From positions 96,982-160,981 of the IMG/VR virus record IMGVR_UViG_3300028591_000099: a DNA stretch of 64,000 nucleotides; one strand, written 5' to 3'. The notes beneath the pieces were generated by a model. That model did not search any database and was not told the origin of the DNA. It saw only the letters and a list, made by a program, of their open reading frames with translations. Each line of letters starts with the position of its first letter. Within the stretch, counting starts at the first letter, position 1. Source of the stretch: a virus (lineage: Duplodnaviria; Caudoviricetes). A program made the position numbers and the translations under genes. Positions 40,725 through 49,699 of the stretch are shown here, piece after piece.

Positions 40725-40964
40725 TTAAATTTCTTTGAGTAAATCTTGATTAATAAATAGGCAATCATCCATAGGATGAATGGAAAGACCGATATATTCA
40801 TCTGGCATTTTTGCAATTCTTTCCAAAAGAAGATTATCATTTTTAATCACGTATTCTTTGAAATCTTCATCATCAATAGTTTCTTCATTTTCTCGCAGAA
40901 ACTGTTCTACATAATCTCGATGAATCACAAACTCATCACCGTTGTTATAAATAATTCCATTCAT
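40725..40964 (-). CDS. Hypothetical protein
   Basis: ORF with RBS and promoter. Confidence 0.6.
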   Translation of the reverse strand: MNGIIYNNGDEFVIHRDYVEQFLRENEETIDDEDFKEYVIKNDNLLLERIAKMPDEYIGLSIHPMDDCLFINQDLLKEI

Positions 40965-41108
40965 AATATCACCTATCCTTTTCTATAATAATTATAACAA
41001 ATTTTTTATAAAAAATCAATAAGTGATACATTTACCTAAAATTTTTGCTATGAGCGGAAAGTTGGCGGCAACGGCCGTTTACGCTGGCAAAAAAAAATAA
41101 GAGGGGAA

Positions 41109-41372
41109 CTAGTCCCCTCTTTTTGGAAGTATTTTTAAATCTACATCACTTTCATCAATAGATGATTGTAGTGATTCAAACCTACGATAATCGGCCGCTT
41201 TATATCCCTCAATGCGTGTTTTAAAACCAGCAACATGAACTTTACCTTTACTTAATCTATGACGCTGATGTTCATAGATGGTATTATCATCTGCCCACAC
41301 ATTTTTAATAATAGAGAATTTGCGATTGGCCTTATGCCAGTCATTACGGCGTCGTTCTGCTTTATTTCGCAT
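41109..41372 (-). CDS. Basic hypothetical protein
   Basis: GGAGG RBS. Confidence 0.65.
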   Translation of the reverse strand: MRNKAERRRNDWHKANRKFSIIKNVWADDNTIYEHQRHRLSKGKVHVAGFKTRIEGYKAADYRRFESLQSSIDESDVDLKILPKRGD

Positions 41373-41415
41373 ATAAATACCTCCATATATCTAGTGTATA
41401 TTACACGTTATAATC

Positions 41416-41770
41416 TGGTGGAGGTGACGGGTATCGAACCCGTGTCCGCAATATCTATTCAATTTCGTATCTTTATCCACAGCTTACCAAGAGATGTCTT
41501 AAGCACATATATTTCTTGGGTGTTTTATGTGCGGCAGCCCGTTAAACCGACCGGATTAACCACCGGGCGCAAGTTAATTCGGCTTACTTTTGGGGGGTTT
41601 ACAATCTAGCAGGCAAAAGTAACCTGGTAAGAAGGGGCGAAGAAATTTTTAACCTTCGCAATAATATTTTTAACAAAATTTGCGTTTATATTTATTTTTT
41701 AGTCTATAAGGTGGACCAATCCGCTGCAACTACATCTTTCAATACCACGTCGAATCCAAAATACACCCCC
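41416..41770 (-). ncRNA. ssrA: tmRNA
   Basis: 5' GGGGGTGTATTTTGGATTCGAC, 3' GGACACGGGTTCGATACCCGTCACCTCCACCA, G3-U70; internal tag frame ANFVKNIIAKVKNFFAPSYQVTFAC*. Confidence 0.95.
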
Positions 41771-41773
41771 ATA

Positions 41774-42034
41774 TTATCAAAAGTTAGAAAAATCTAATAA
41801 ATCTGAATCTTCATCTCCAGTCCAAATTTTTTCAACTTTTGCTTGCCATCCAATTTCAGGATAAAAATCAGAAAATACATAATTATACAGTATATCTCCA
41901 ACCTCATTCCAACTTTCTGGGTTATCAGTTAAATTATGCACATCTAACCAAACCTCTAAGGCTTGCCGCAAATCTATTTCATCTATTGGAATTACTGCCA
42001 ATAGTTCTAAAATAACACTATTTAAATCTCTCAT
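41774..42034 (-). CDS. Hypothetical acidic protein ending TGA-TAA
   Basis: ORF after a promoter; tandem stop codons. Confidence 0.65.
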
Positions 42035-42069
42035 ATTTATATTATATCAAATAAAAAATTAACAGTCAA

Positions 42070-42573
42070 TTATTTAGAGTATATATTGGCGATAGTAGAT
42101 GCCGCATAAGAATCTGGTTTAATCGCATAATCATATCCCATTGCGGATACCCAGCCTTCTAATTCTTTAATCAAATCTTTTGAAGGACCAGTAGTTCCAA
42201 TATCTAAATGAATTGATAAATTAACTTTTTCCAAAATTGTAGCATCTCTTTCTAATAGAGAAGAGGTAATTAAGTCTGTTGTGTCAATAGATAATTGAGT
42301 TTCAGTATATAGTTTAGTCCTTAAATCTTGAATGGCTGGATGATCTAATTTTTTATAAAAATAAATACCGCCATTACCAACTCTATGAACGACAATCGCT
42401 AAAACAAAATGAGTAGAACGATATGTCATTGAATCTGTTCCAATAGATAGTCTATATTCATATTTTGGATTTTGATTAACATAATCAATAATAATATCCA
42501 ACATCTCATCTAAAGTCATCCATATATGATTGGCATTTTGAAACTTTGTATTTTTATCAATCTTTAATTCCAT
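42070..42573 (-). CDS. RNase H-like YkuK (DUF458) family protein
   Basis: IGTDS, HRVGNGG, IHLDIG and IKPDSYAAS motifs. Confidence 0.85.
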   Translation of the reverse strand: MELKIDKNTKFQNANHIWMTLDEMLDIIIDYVNQNPKYEYRLSIGTDSMTYRSTHFVLAIVVHRVGNGGIYFYKKLDHPAIQDLRTKLYTETQLSIDTTDLITSSLLERDATILEKVNLSIHLDIGTTGPSKDLIKELEGWVSAMGYDYAIKPDSYAASTIANIYSK

Positions 42574-42593
42574 ATACTCACCTCAAATAAAAA

Positions 42594-42667
42594 TGGCACC
42601 CGGACTAGGACTCGAACCCAGATCAAGGAGGTTGGAGCTCCCTATGCTGCCATTACACCATCCGGAT
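42594..42667 (-). tRNA. tRNA-Trp (CCA)
   Basis: Cloverleaf; loop CTCCAAC; A1-U72, G73, CCA end. Confidence 0.9.
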
Positions 42668-42885
42668 AAAAGTGCCCCCAACCAGCTGAGGGGTCTTGTT
42701 TAAGTTTAACGTCTAGAGCTGGATATTAGATCGCCATTATTTTTACAACGATTTACCTTATAGGTTATGGTGTAAGGATAATCGTGAACCCATATAAAGT
42801 GCGGAGCACAACCTCCGCAAGCAGGGTGTTTCCCCTGGAGTTCCCCGACTTTATGCAATCCACACTTCGGTATCGGGTGGTGGGA

Positions 42886-43169
42886 TTATTTAATACAATC
42901 TCTTATAATACGCTCATAGAGCAAATGATCATAAGAGTCTAGCTCGTTCCAACTAACGACTCCAGTTTTATATGGCTTCGCAATACCAGTCCAATCATAA
43001 TACGTGTTATCAATTTTTAAGAGAAAATGTCCGTTAACTTGGTCATATACAATGTCGCCTTCTGGAAAACGAGCTTTTAAAATAACAGCAAAATAGAAAC
43101 AATTTCCATTAAGCCAGTTATTATCTTTAGGAAATCTACGCTTTATAAATTCACATACTTCATTCATAT
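42886..43169 (-). CDS. Hypothetical protein
   Basis: Likely start MNEVCEF; the upstream part of the track ORF is tRNA sequence; GNCFYFA motif. Confidence 0.6.
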
Positions 43170-43181
43170 GGTAATTCTCTA

Positions 43182-43257
<76 letters not shown>

Positions 43258-43258
43258 A

Positions 43259-43334
43259 TGGTGCAAATTACTGGGCTTGAACCAGTGACCTATTGCTTGT
43301 AAGGCAATTGCTCTCCCAACTGAGCTAAACTTGC
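43259..43334 (-). tRNA. tRNA-Val (TAC)
   Basis: Cloverleaf; loop CTTACAA. Confidence 0.9.
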
Positions 43335-43492
43335 ATATAATCCCGGTTTTTGGGTCTTGTGGGCACCGGGAGAACCCAATGGGCGAGTAACGATTTTATG
43401 ACCTCTTAATTCGCCACGGGTTTGGATAGTTTTCCTTCTATATAATTGCGCTGGCCGCTAAAACCGATCTCATAAGCGGCCAGCGCAGATTA

Positions 43493-43984
43493 TTACTTAG
43501 GAAGATCTGTGCAGAAATAAATGCCTTCTGACTCTCCCAGAACTTCCTTAGCAATGTCCTGATATAGTGTTGAGACATTGCCATTGATATCATTCAGTTG
43601 ATCATTATAGAACTGAACAACCTCATTTTTAAATACAACATAATTAAATGAATTTGAAGAAACTCCATCAATTGTCATTCCATAAGAATAAGCAGGATTA
43701 CCTTCAAAAGCAGTAGCAATTAGAGCAGCTCTGGAAGCTGTTGGTTTATTAGCTGGAATAACAGTAGTTTTTAATACAACACTTCCAAAAGCCTTCTCTG
43801 CTGGCAGTAATTGAGCAATAGCATCAGCCTTTGCTGCATTTTCAACATACATCTTAACTTCAATTTCACCTTCATCATATTCAATATGAATATCCGGGTC
43901 TTTACCAAATAAAGCTTCAAGCTTACGGTAATAAGTAACCCATGGTGCAGACAAATTAAAATTTACATTTAATTTTCTTGGCAT
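43493..43984 (-). CDS. Conserved hypothetical phage protein
   Basis: AAGGAG RBS; VVFKNEVVQFYND. Confidence 0.75.
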   Translation of the reverse strand: MPRKLNVNFNLSAPWVTYYRKLEALFGKDPDIHIEYDEGEIEVKMYVENAAKADAIAQLLPAEKAFGSVVLKTTVIPANKPTASRAALIATAFEGNPAYSYGMTIDGVSSNSFNYVVFKNEVVQFYNDQLNDINGNVSTLYQDIAKEVLGESEGIYFCTDLPK

Positions 43985-44004
43985 TTATAATCTCCTTTTT
44001 CTCT

Positions 44005-44046
44005 TGGTGTGTTTGCGGGAATTGCACCCACAATACTACTAACACA
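44005..44046 (-). ncRNA. tRNA-like minihelix (acceptor stem + T-arm + CCA only)
   Basis: TGTGTT-AGTAGTATT-GTGGG-TGCAATT-CCCGC-AAACAC-A-CCA directly 3' of tRNA-Lys. Confidence 0.5.
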
Positions 44047-44048
44047 TT

Positions 44049-44123
44049 TGGTGACCTGAGTGAGGATTGAACTCACGACCCATTGATTAAAAGTCAATTG
44101 CTCTACCACTGAGCTACCAAGTC
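44049..44123 (-). tRNA. tRNA-Lys (TTT)
   Basis: Cloverleaf; loop CTTTTAA. Confidence 0.9.
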
Positions 44124-44127
44124 ATTT

Positions 44128-44201
44128 TGGTAGGAAGTGCGAGAATTGAACTCACATTACGCGATTATCAGTCGCGTGTTCTACCATTGAACTAACCTCC
44201 T
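44128..44201 (-). tRNA. tRNA-Ile (GAT)
   Basis: Cloverleaf; loop CTGATAA. Confidence 0.9.
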
Positions 44202-44204
44202 ATA

Positions 44205-44293
44205 TGGCGCTCGCTAAAGGATTCGAACCTTTGCGCCGTTGCCGACCTCCCGGTTTTCAAGACCGGTCCCTTCAACCACTTGGGTAAGCGAGC
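44205..44293 (-). tRNA. tRNA-Ser (TGA anticodon)
   Basis: Long variable arm; loop CTTGAAA. Confidence 0.9.
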
Positions 44294-44296
44294 ATA

Positions 44297-44381
44297 TGGT
44301 GGAGGGGGACAGATTCGAACTGCCGAACCCAGGGGGAGATGATTTACAGTCACCAGCGTTTAGCCACTTCGCTACCCCTCC
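44297..44381 (-). tRNA. tRNA-Tyr (GTA)
   Basis: Loop CTGTAAA. Confidence 0.9.
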
Positions 44382-44384
44382 ATA

Positions 44385-44475
44385 TGGCGTGCGGTCTGGG
44401 ATTTGAACCCAGGCGCCGGAAACCCGACCTAAGGCCTTAGCAGGGCCTCCTCTTCGACCTCTTGAGTAACCGCAC
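44385..44475 (-). tRNA. tRNA-Ser (GCT)
   Basis: Long variable arm; loop CTGCTAA. Confidence 0.9.
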
Positions 44476-44476
44476 A

Positions 44477-44881
44477 TTAACTATTTTTCGATAAAATTAA
44501 GAAAGGCATATCATATAAATAAATATCCTTATCTTCAATAGAAAATATATTAATATCTCCATCTTTTTTTAATGATAAACTATTTCCCCATAGCATTAAA
44601 ATAGGGGTGCCATCTTTTTGAAATATTACAATAACTTTATTACCTTCCTTATAAGCATTACTGATTTCGTATTTCCAAACATCAGAAAAATCTGAAAGAA
44701 TAAAATTATTAGCAATATCCTCATCATAACACAAGAATGGCTGGCCGCAAATTGTGATACTTCGACCACTTGCAGAGATAGATATCCAACCCATATCAGA
44801 ATTAAAACTAATAATAGGCTCATTAAATTTAAACTCTAATGTTTTGAAGCCATCAGGCTTATACAAAATAATATGTTTCAT
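44477..44881 (-). CDS. Hypothetical protein within the tRNA array
   Basis: AGGAG RBS before MKHIIL. Confidence 0.6.
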   Translation of the reverse strand: MKHIILYKPDGFKTLEFKFNEPIISFNSDMGWISISASGRSITICGQPFLCYDEDIANNFILSDFSDVWKYEISNAYKEGNKVIVIFQKDGTPILMLWGNSLSLKKDGDINIFSIEDKDIYLYDMPFLILSKNS

Positions 44882-44892
44882 AATTCTCCTAT

Positions 44893-44969
44893 TGGAGGTA
44901 CCGGTCAGATTCGAACTGACGAATACGGAGGTTGCAGCTCCGCTCCTTAAGCCACTTGGATACGGTACC
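44893..44969 (-). tRNA. tRNA-Cys (GCA)
   Basis: Loop CTGCAAC; U73. Confidence 0.9.
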
Positions 44970-44971
44970 AT

Positions 44972-45048
44972 TGGTGCATCTTCTGAGATTCGAACTCAGA
45001 CTGCGTTGATTTTGAGTCAACTTCCTCTACCTGTTGGGATAAAGATGC
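44972..45048 (-). tRNA. tRNA-Leu (CAA), short variable loop
   Basis: Loop CTCAAAA. Confidence 0.85.
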
Positions 45049-45051
45049 ATA

Positions 45052-45128
45052 TGGTGCGTCGAGTGGGATTCGAACCCACAAACTACAGTTTCTAAGACTG
45101 CATGCTATACCAGTTCGCGTATCGACGC
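45052..45128 (-). tRNA. tRNA-Leu (TAG), short variable loop
   Basis: Loop CTTAGAA. Confidence 0.85.
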
Positions 45129-45152
45129 AAATTGGGATTAAATCCCAAAATA

Positions 45153-45287
45153 TTATTCAGATTGTTCTAATGCTCTAATTTGTCTCTGAACTTTCTTCAA
45201 AACTCCAGGAGCTTCAAGATATTTGCCTCTAGACTTAATACGTTTTTCTCTCATCTTCAAAGTTGCCAGCTTAACTTCTTTACCCAT
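45153..45287 (-). CDS. Small basic peptide
   Basis: AAGGAG RBS before MGKEVK. Confidence 0.55.
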   Translation of the reverse strand: MGKEVKLATLKMREKRIKSRGKYLEAPGVLKKVQRQIRALEQSE

Positions 45288-45308
45288 TATACAATCTCCT
45301 TTTACTTT

Positions 45309-45386
45309 TGGGTTGAAGGACGGGACTCGAACCCGCAAATACTAGGGCCACAACCTAGCGCGTCTACCAATTGCGCCACCTCCAAC
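45309..45386 (-). tRNA. tRNA-His (GTG)
   Basis: Loop TTGTGGC; G-1:C73. Confidence 0.9.
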
Positions 45387-45389
45387 ATA

Positions 45390-45463
45390 TGGAGTCGGTA
45401 GCGGGGATCGAACCCGTATCATCAGCTTGGAAGGCTGAGGCTCTACCATTGAACTATACCGAC
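45390..45463 (-). tRNA. tRNA-Gly (TCC)
   Basis: Loop CTTCCAA. Confidence 0.9.
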
Positions 45464-45481
45464 ATATAAGAAGAGCGTATG

Positions 45482-45943
45482 TTAATAGCTCACATACGCC
45501 CAAACTTCATAATCCGGATCTTCCAGATATTTAATTACTTCATCTTTTGCATCCCAGAATGATTTCATATAACCAACCGAGAAGGAGTATCCTAATTGCG
45601 GGCCTACATCAAATGTTGCATCATACCATTTTTCATAAGTCGCAATTAACATTTTATCTCTTTTGGTTAAGACCTCATCCCCGAAATCCTCAGGCATATT
45701 TTCATATTTATTGAAAGCATCCCAGATTTCATCGAGATAATCTCCAATAGGGACAAGTTTTTCGATTAAACCCATCCATTCATCAATAGTAATTTCTCGA
45801 TTTAAGTCCGGTTCATTACCAGAAAGGCCAAGTGCATATACAAGTTCCCAGCTTTTCCGACCATAACAAAGTTCGTTGTCATAGCAATCTTCATCGGTAT
45901 AAGCATTTTTCTTTCTCCAATAGACACCAAAATCTAATCCCAT
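45482..45943 (-). CDS. Hypothetical acidic protein (MGLD start)
   Basis: RBS and promoter. Confidence 0.75.
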   Translation of the reverse strand: MGLDFGVYWRKKNAYTDEDCYDNELCYGRKSWELVYALGLSGNEPDLNREITIDEWMGLIEKLVPIGDYLDEIWDAFNKYENMPEDFGDEVLTKRDKMLIATYEKWYDATFDVGPQLGYSFSVGYMKSFWDAKDEVIKYLEDPDYEVWAYVSY

Positions 45944-46022
45944 AATTTACACCTTCCTTTCTTTAAACTTTTTCTTTCCTTACATTATTATTATAATATA
46001 TTTTTTAATATTTTTCAAATAG

Positions 46023-46096
46023 TGGAGCGGATAACCGGTTATGCTCCGGTGCTTAAACATTGGCAATGTTTCGTACTGCTATTATACGATACCCGC
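46023..46096 (-). tRNA. tRNA-Gly (GCC) with non-canonical D and T loops
   Basis: Loop TTGCCAA; T-loop AGCATAA; D-loop lacks GG. Confidence 0.8.
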
Positions 46097-46098
46097 AT

Positions 46099-46173
46099 TG
46101 GTCCTCGGAGGTGGAGTCGAACCACCGATAAGCCCTTATAAGGGGCCCGGTATAACCGTTTACCTACCCGAGG
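46099..46173 (-). tRNA. tRNA-Ile (TAT)
   Basis: Loop CTTATAA; A73. Confidence 0.85.
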
Positions 46174-46176
46174 ATA

Positions 46177-46264
46177 TGGTGCACATGGTGGGACTTGAAC
46201 CCACACGCTTTTTAAGAGCAAGGGATTTTAAGTCCCTCGTGTCTACCTATTCCACCACACGTGC
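46177..46264 (-). tRNA. tRNA-Leu (TAA)
   Basis: Long variable arm; loop CTTAAAA. Confidence 0.9.
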
Positions 46265-46267
46265 ATG

Positions 46268-46343
46268 TGGCGGTCAGCATAGGAGTTGAACCTATCTAAG
46301 ACGGTTTAACAGACCGTTGCCGCAACCGCTGGGCTAGCTGACC
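46268..46343 (-). tRNA. tRNA-Asn (GTT)
   Basis: Loop CTGTTAA. Confidence 0.88.
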
Positions 46344-46346
46344 AAA

Positions 46347-46423
46347 TGGCGGTCCCGATGGGATTTGAACCCACGATCTCCTCCGTGACAGGGAGGCATG
46401 TTAGACCACTACACCACGAGACC
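46347..46423 (-). tRNA. tRNA-Asp (GTC)
   Basis: Loop CTGTCAC. Confidence 0.9.
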
Positions 46424-46426
46424 ACT

Positions 46427-46502
46427 TGGCTGAGGCGGCTGGATTTGAACCAGCGAAATGCGGGAGTCAAAGTCCCGTGCCTTACCGCTTGGCTACGCCC
46501 CA
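46427..46502 (-). tRNA. tRNA-Gln (TTG)
   Basis: Loop CTTTGAC. Confidence 0.9.
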
Positions 46503-46507
46503 ATATC

Positions 46508-46581
46508 TGGTGCCGGATGAGAGAATCGAACTCCCATTCGATGATTACAAGTCAACTGTTCTACCATTAGACTAATCCGGC
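46508..46581 (-). tRNA. tRNA-Thr (TGT)
   Basis: Loop CTTGTAA. Confidence 0.9.
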
Positions 46582-47176
46582 ATAGAATGGAAAAGACCGT
46601 TTTGAGGAGCATCGCTCCCTTGGATTTACCCTTTGCGGAACGGTCTAGAACCAATGTAAGTTAAAGTGTAAGAGAGGATTTCTTTTCCTTACATTATTAT
46701 TATATCAAATTTTTTTAATATAATCAATTAATATTTCAATAACTTCGGTGTGCAGTTTCAATCACACGCATCTACTGTGGGTTGCATAGACTTTATTAAT
46801 TTATCACTGGCGTGACCTGCCTCGGTGTCAATTCACCTATATATATCGCAATTTGCAACATCTAACTTATTGCGGCAGGAGTGATACCAGCGCTGTGTTC
46901 ACCCCACAGATGTCCCACGTACGTAGCCTCTATTGTCTTATTGGCTTTTAATGCTTGCCTACGAAGCTATCATTCTTTCGCAAGTTCGCGGTTACTCATC
47001 GTAATCGCCTCGCTTTATTCTTCTTCTAAAATCTTTTCTAGTTTTCTTCTTCCAATAACGCCATGCTTTTGGATTGTTCTTAACCCAACATGCATAGTTT
47101 CGATCAAATTTATCTTCAAAAGTTGCTTTTTTGTGAATATTACTTTTATGGGACATATTATATCCCTCCCTTCTTA

Positions 47177-47929
47177 TTAGAAGGTAATCACCTCACAATT
47201 CACCTTATGGCTATATACGGTACAAGCATCCATAGCAACAATGCCATCATCTTTAAATGGGGAGAAATGGGCTTTATCGCCTTTCTTTTTAGGAAATTCA
47301 ACTCCATAATGATGAAGATTCGCGTGTCCCCAAGAGGTATGCCAATGGCCGCACCAAATAGTTTTACCAGGCTCTTTAATACCATTAGCCCAAGCTGCCA
47401 TACCGTTAATCCAGGTTGCGTCTTTCCACTCACGAATAGAAGCATTACGCCAATTTAAATCATATGCGATTGGGGAAACATTATATTCCCCGACCGCATA
47501 ACACGGAATCCAACCATGCACGAAGATATTGTCGCCAACTTCGGCATAAAATTGACAATTATATAGATATTCTTTCCAAGGGTCGAAATGTTTCATGACA
47601 AATATTGCCTCATCAGTATCATCGATTTCGGTTAGATCTCTTGCGGTTCTTATCGTACCATTATTAATATCGTATGTGTGTCCGAAACCACGCTCAATCA
47701 TATCCTGCATAAGCAACTCATGATTACCAAGGATTAAAATCTTATTATCATTAGGCAAAGAGTTAACAAATTCAAGGCACTGTTTTGCGGCTGGGCCTCT
47801 GTCGAACAGATCACCCAGAGATACAAATACATGATCTGGATTTGTCTTGTCATAACCCGCATCCGCAAGTGCTTTACACATTTCATCATAAAATCCGTGA
47901 ACATCGGCTACTACGAAATATTTCTTCAT
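47177..47929 (-). CDS. Calcineurin-like metallophosphoesterase
   Basis: DVHG, GDLFDRG, GNHE and GHWH motifs. Confidence 0.9.
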   Translation of the reverse strand: MKKYFVVADVHGFYDEMCKALADAGYDKTNPDHVFVSLGDLFDRGPAAKQCLEFVNSLPNDNKILILGNHELLMQDMIERGFGHTYDINNGTIRTARDLTEIDDTDEAIFVMKHFDPWKEYLYNCQFYAEVGDNIFVHGWIPCYAVGEYNVSPIAYDLNWRNASIREWKDATWINGMAAWANGIKEPGKTIWCGHWHTSWGHANLHHYGVEFPKKKGDKAHFSPFKDDGIVAMDACTVYSHKVNCEVITF

Positions 47930-48034
47930 ATTTGTTCTCTCCTTTCCTATTACATAATAATTATATCATAATTTTTATAAAAAGTAAAAAAAACTCCTCA
48001 CCGCTAAAAGGTGAGGAGTTTAAAACTATTTTTA

Positions 48035-49312
48035 TTATTCAGAAAGACCATTATCCCAATTTAATGGTAATACAATGTTTTCATCTTCTAAATCAGCCGG
48101 AATTAAAACTAAGTTGCCGATAGATGCATCTTCTTTTTCAAATACCATATTTTCAGAAACTTCTAATGCCATTGTATCTGCTTTTGGATAATTAGCTGCT
48201 TTATCATAAACAATTGGAGCACAAGGAACTACAACTCTAGAGTCACCAGCCTTACCCGTTACTGTTCCAGAAGTAATAATTTTACCACCATTTAAAGTAG
48301 CCTTACCAGCACGGATAACAATACCAGCACCACCAATTGCTTTAATAGTACCACCATTCATTGTAAAGTTACATCCACCTGGCATATAAACACCATTTGC
48401 TACCCAACCAGCAGATTGAATTGTGCTTACTAATTCACCATCATTCATAACGATTTCAATTGGTAATTGTTCACGAACGCCTTCAGATTCTTTTGTAGTT
48501 AAATTACCATTAGCATCAACTCATCTAGAGCCATTGCCACCAATAGCACAATTGTCTATACCTTTAATAGTGCCGCCATTGATTTCTAAAGAAGCACCAT
48601 CTGTAATATTAACACCATATTCTTGAGCTGTTACTGCACCACCATTAACGACAACAGCAGAACCTTCTCCAGTAGCACCAAGACCATTTAAACCAGTGCT
48701 AATAACTGAGCCACTTTCTAATACAACCTTACCACCATGTCTTGCGACAATAGAACGACCAGTAGTTCTTAATTCACCGCCATTGCCTTGAATTGTTAAA
48801 GAACCACCATCAACAACAATAGCAGATTCTTGACCAGATAATGAATGATCAGCTAAATCTAATACTACATCTGCGCCGGCAGGTATGACGACCGGTTCAG
48901 CACCAAGCGCAAGATCAGCACCTAATTTTACAACACCAGTTTCAACTAATGCTGCTTTTAATGAACTTTCATCAGAAACTCCCTTACTTGCATCAGCAAT
49001 AGCTTGTGCAATAAGAGCTTTGATTTCTGATTGACCCATAGGGATAATTTCATCTTTCCAAGAAAGACCTTCTTCACCTTTAACTGCGATTTGTCCAATT
49101 CTTGCTTCTTCTAAGCCTGGTAATTCATATGCTTCAGTTTCCGCAAAATATGGGAGATCAAGCCACGCAGTTTCACCATCACCAATTTTCATTTTATTAG
49201 TGTCTGTTTCAACTCCTGGCTCAGCCAATAATAATACCGGATTTGCTTCGGCCCACTCTGCTGCAGTGCCTCTGCGTAGACGAATACGTGTTTTTAATGT
49301 AATTTCTGCCAT
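48035..49312 (-). CDS. Tail-fibre/adhesin-like protein (Mtd_N-like N-terminus + beta-helix repeats), 425 aa; TGA=Trp
   Basis: RRGTAAEWAEANPVL...ETDTNKMKIGDG; ORFs 48521-49312 and 48035-48448 are in frame and joined through TGA 48521. Confidence 0.75.
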
Positions 49313-49324
49313 AATATCTCCTTC

Positions 49325-49576
49325 CTATTGAACATCTCCGCCGTCTCAAATGTAAGATTGTTCCTCACTCGGTTCTGAAGAAGAAGAAGAGCCTGATGAT
49401 TTTTTAATCTCTTTTCATTCTCCATCACCATTTAGAATATATTCTTTACTATTTTCAATGATAAAACATTTACTACCCATTCTTGTAGCACGGAGGTCCA
49501 CTTTTTCGAGTTCTTCTGCTTTATCGCAAACAAATTTTTTGACACCTAAACTACTGCCTTGAATTATAGATATCAT
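49325..49576 (-). CDS. Small virion-associated-like protein (83 aa); TGA=Trp; missed by the ORF track
   Basis: AGGAGG RBS; MGSKCFII...YILNGDGEWKE; TGA at 49415 and 49346. Confidence 0.75.
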
Positions 49577-49699
49577 AAAACGTCCTCCTTTTATACCTCA
49601 AATATAATAAAAATAAGGGCAGGTTTATTATCTTGGCCTGCCCTTAATAGATTTTTTTATTTAAATAAAAAAAATAACCCTTACGGGTTAGATTTTTAA

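Noticed and set aside
44205-44293. tRNA with TGA in its loop as the opal suppressor
   Set aside because: Anticodon UGA reads UCA (Ser) codons; the long variable arm and G73 fit an ordinary tRNA-Ser.
44214-46570. ORFs 44214-44477, 46039-46221, 46041-46289, 46306-46503 and 46346-46570
   Set aside because: They overlap tRNA genes and are translations of tRNA sequence.
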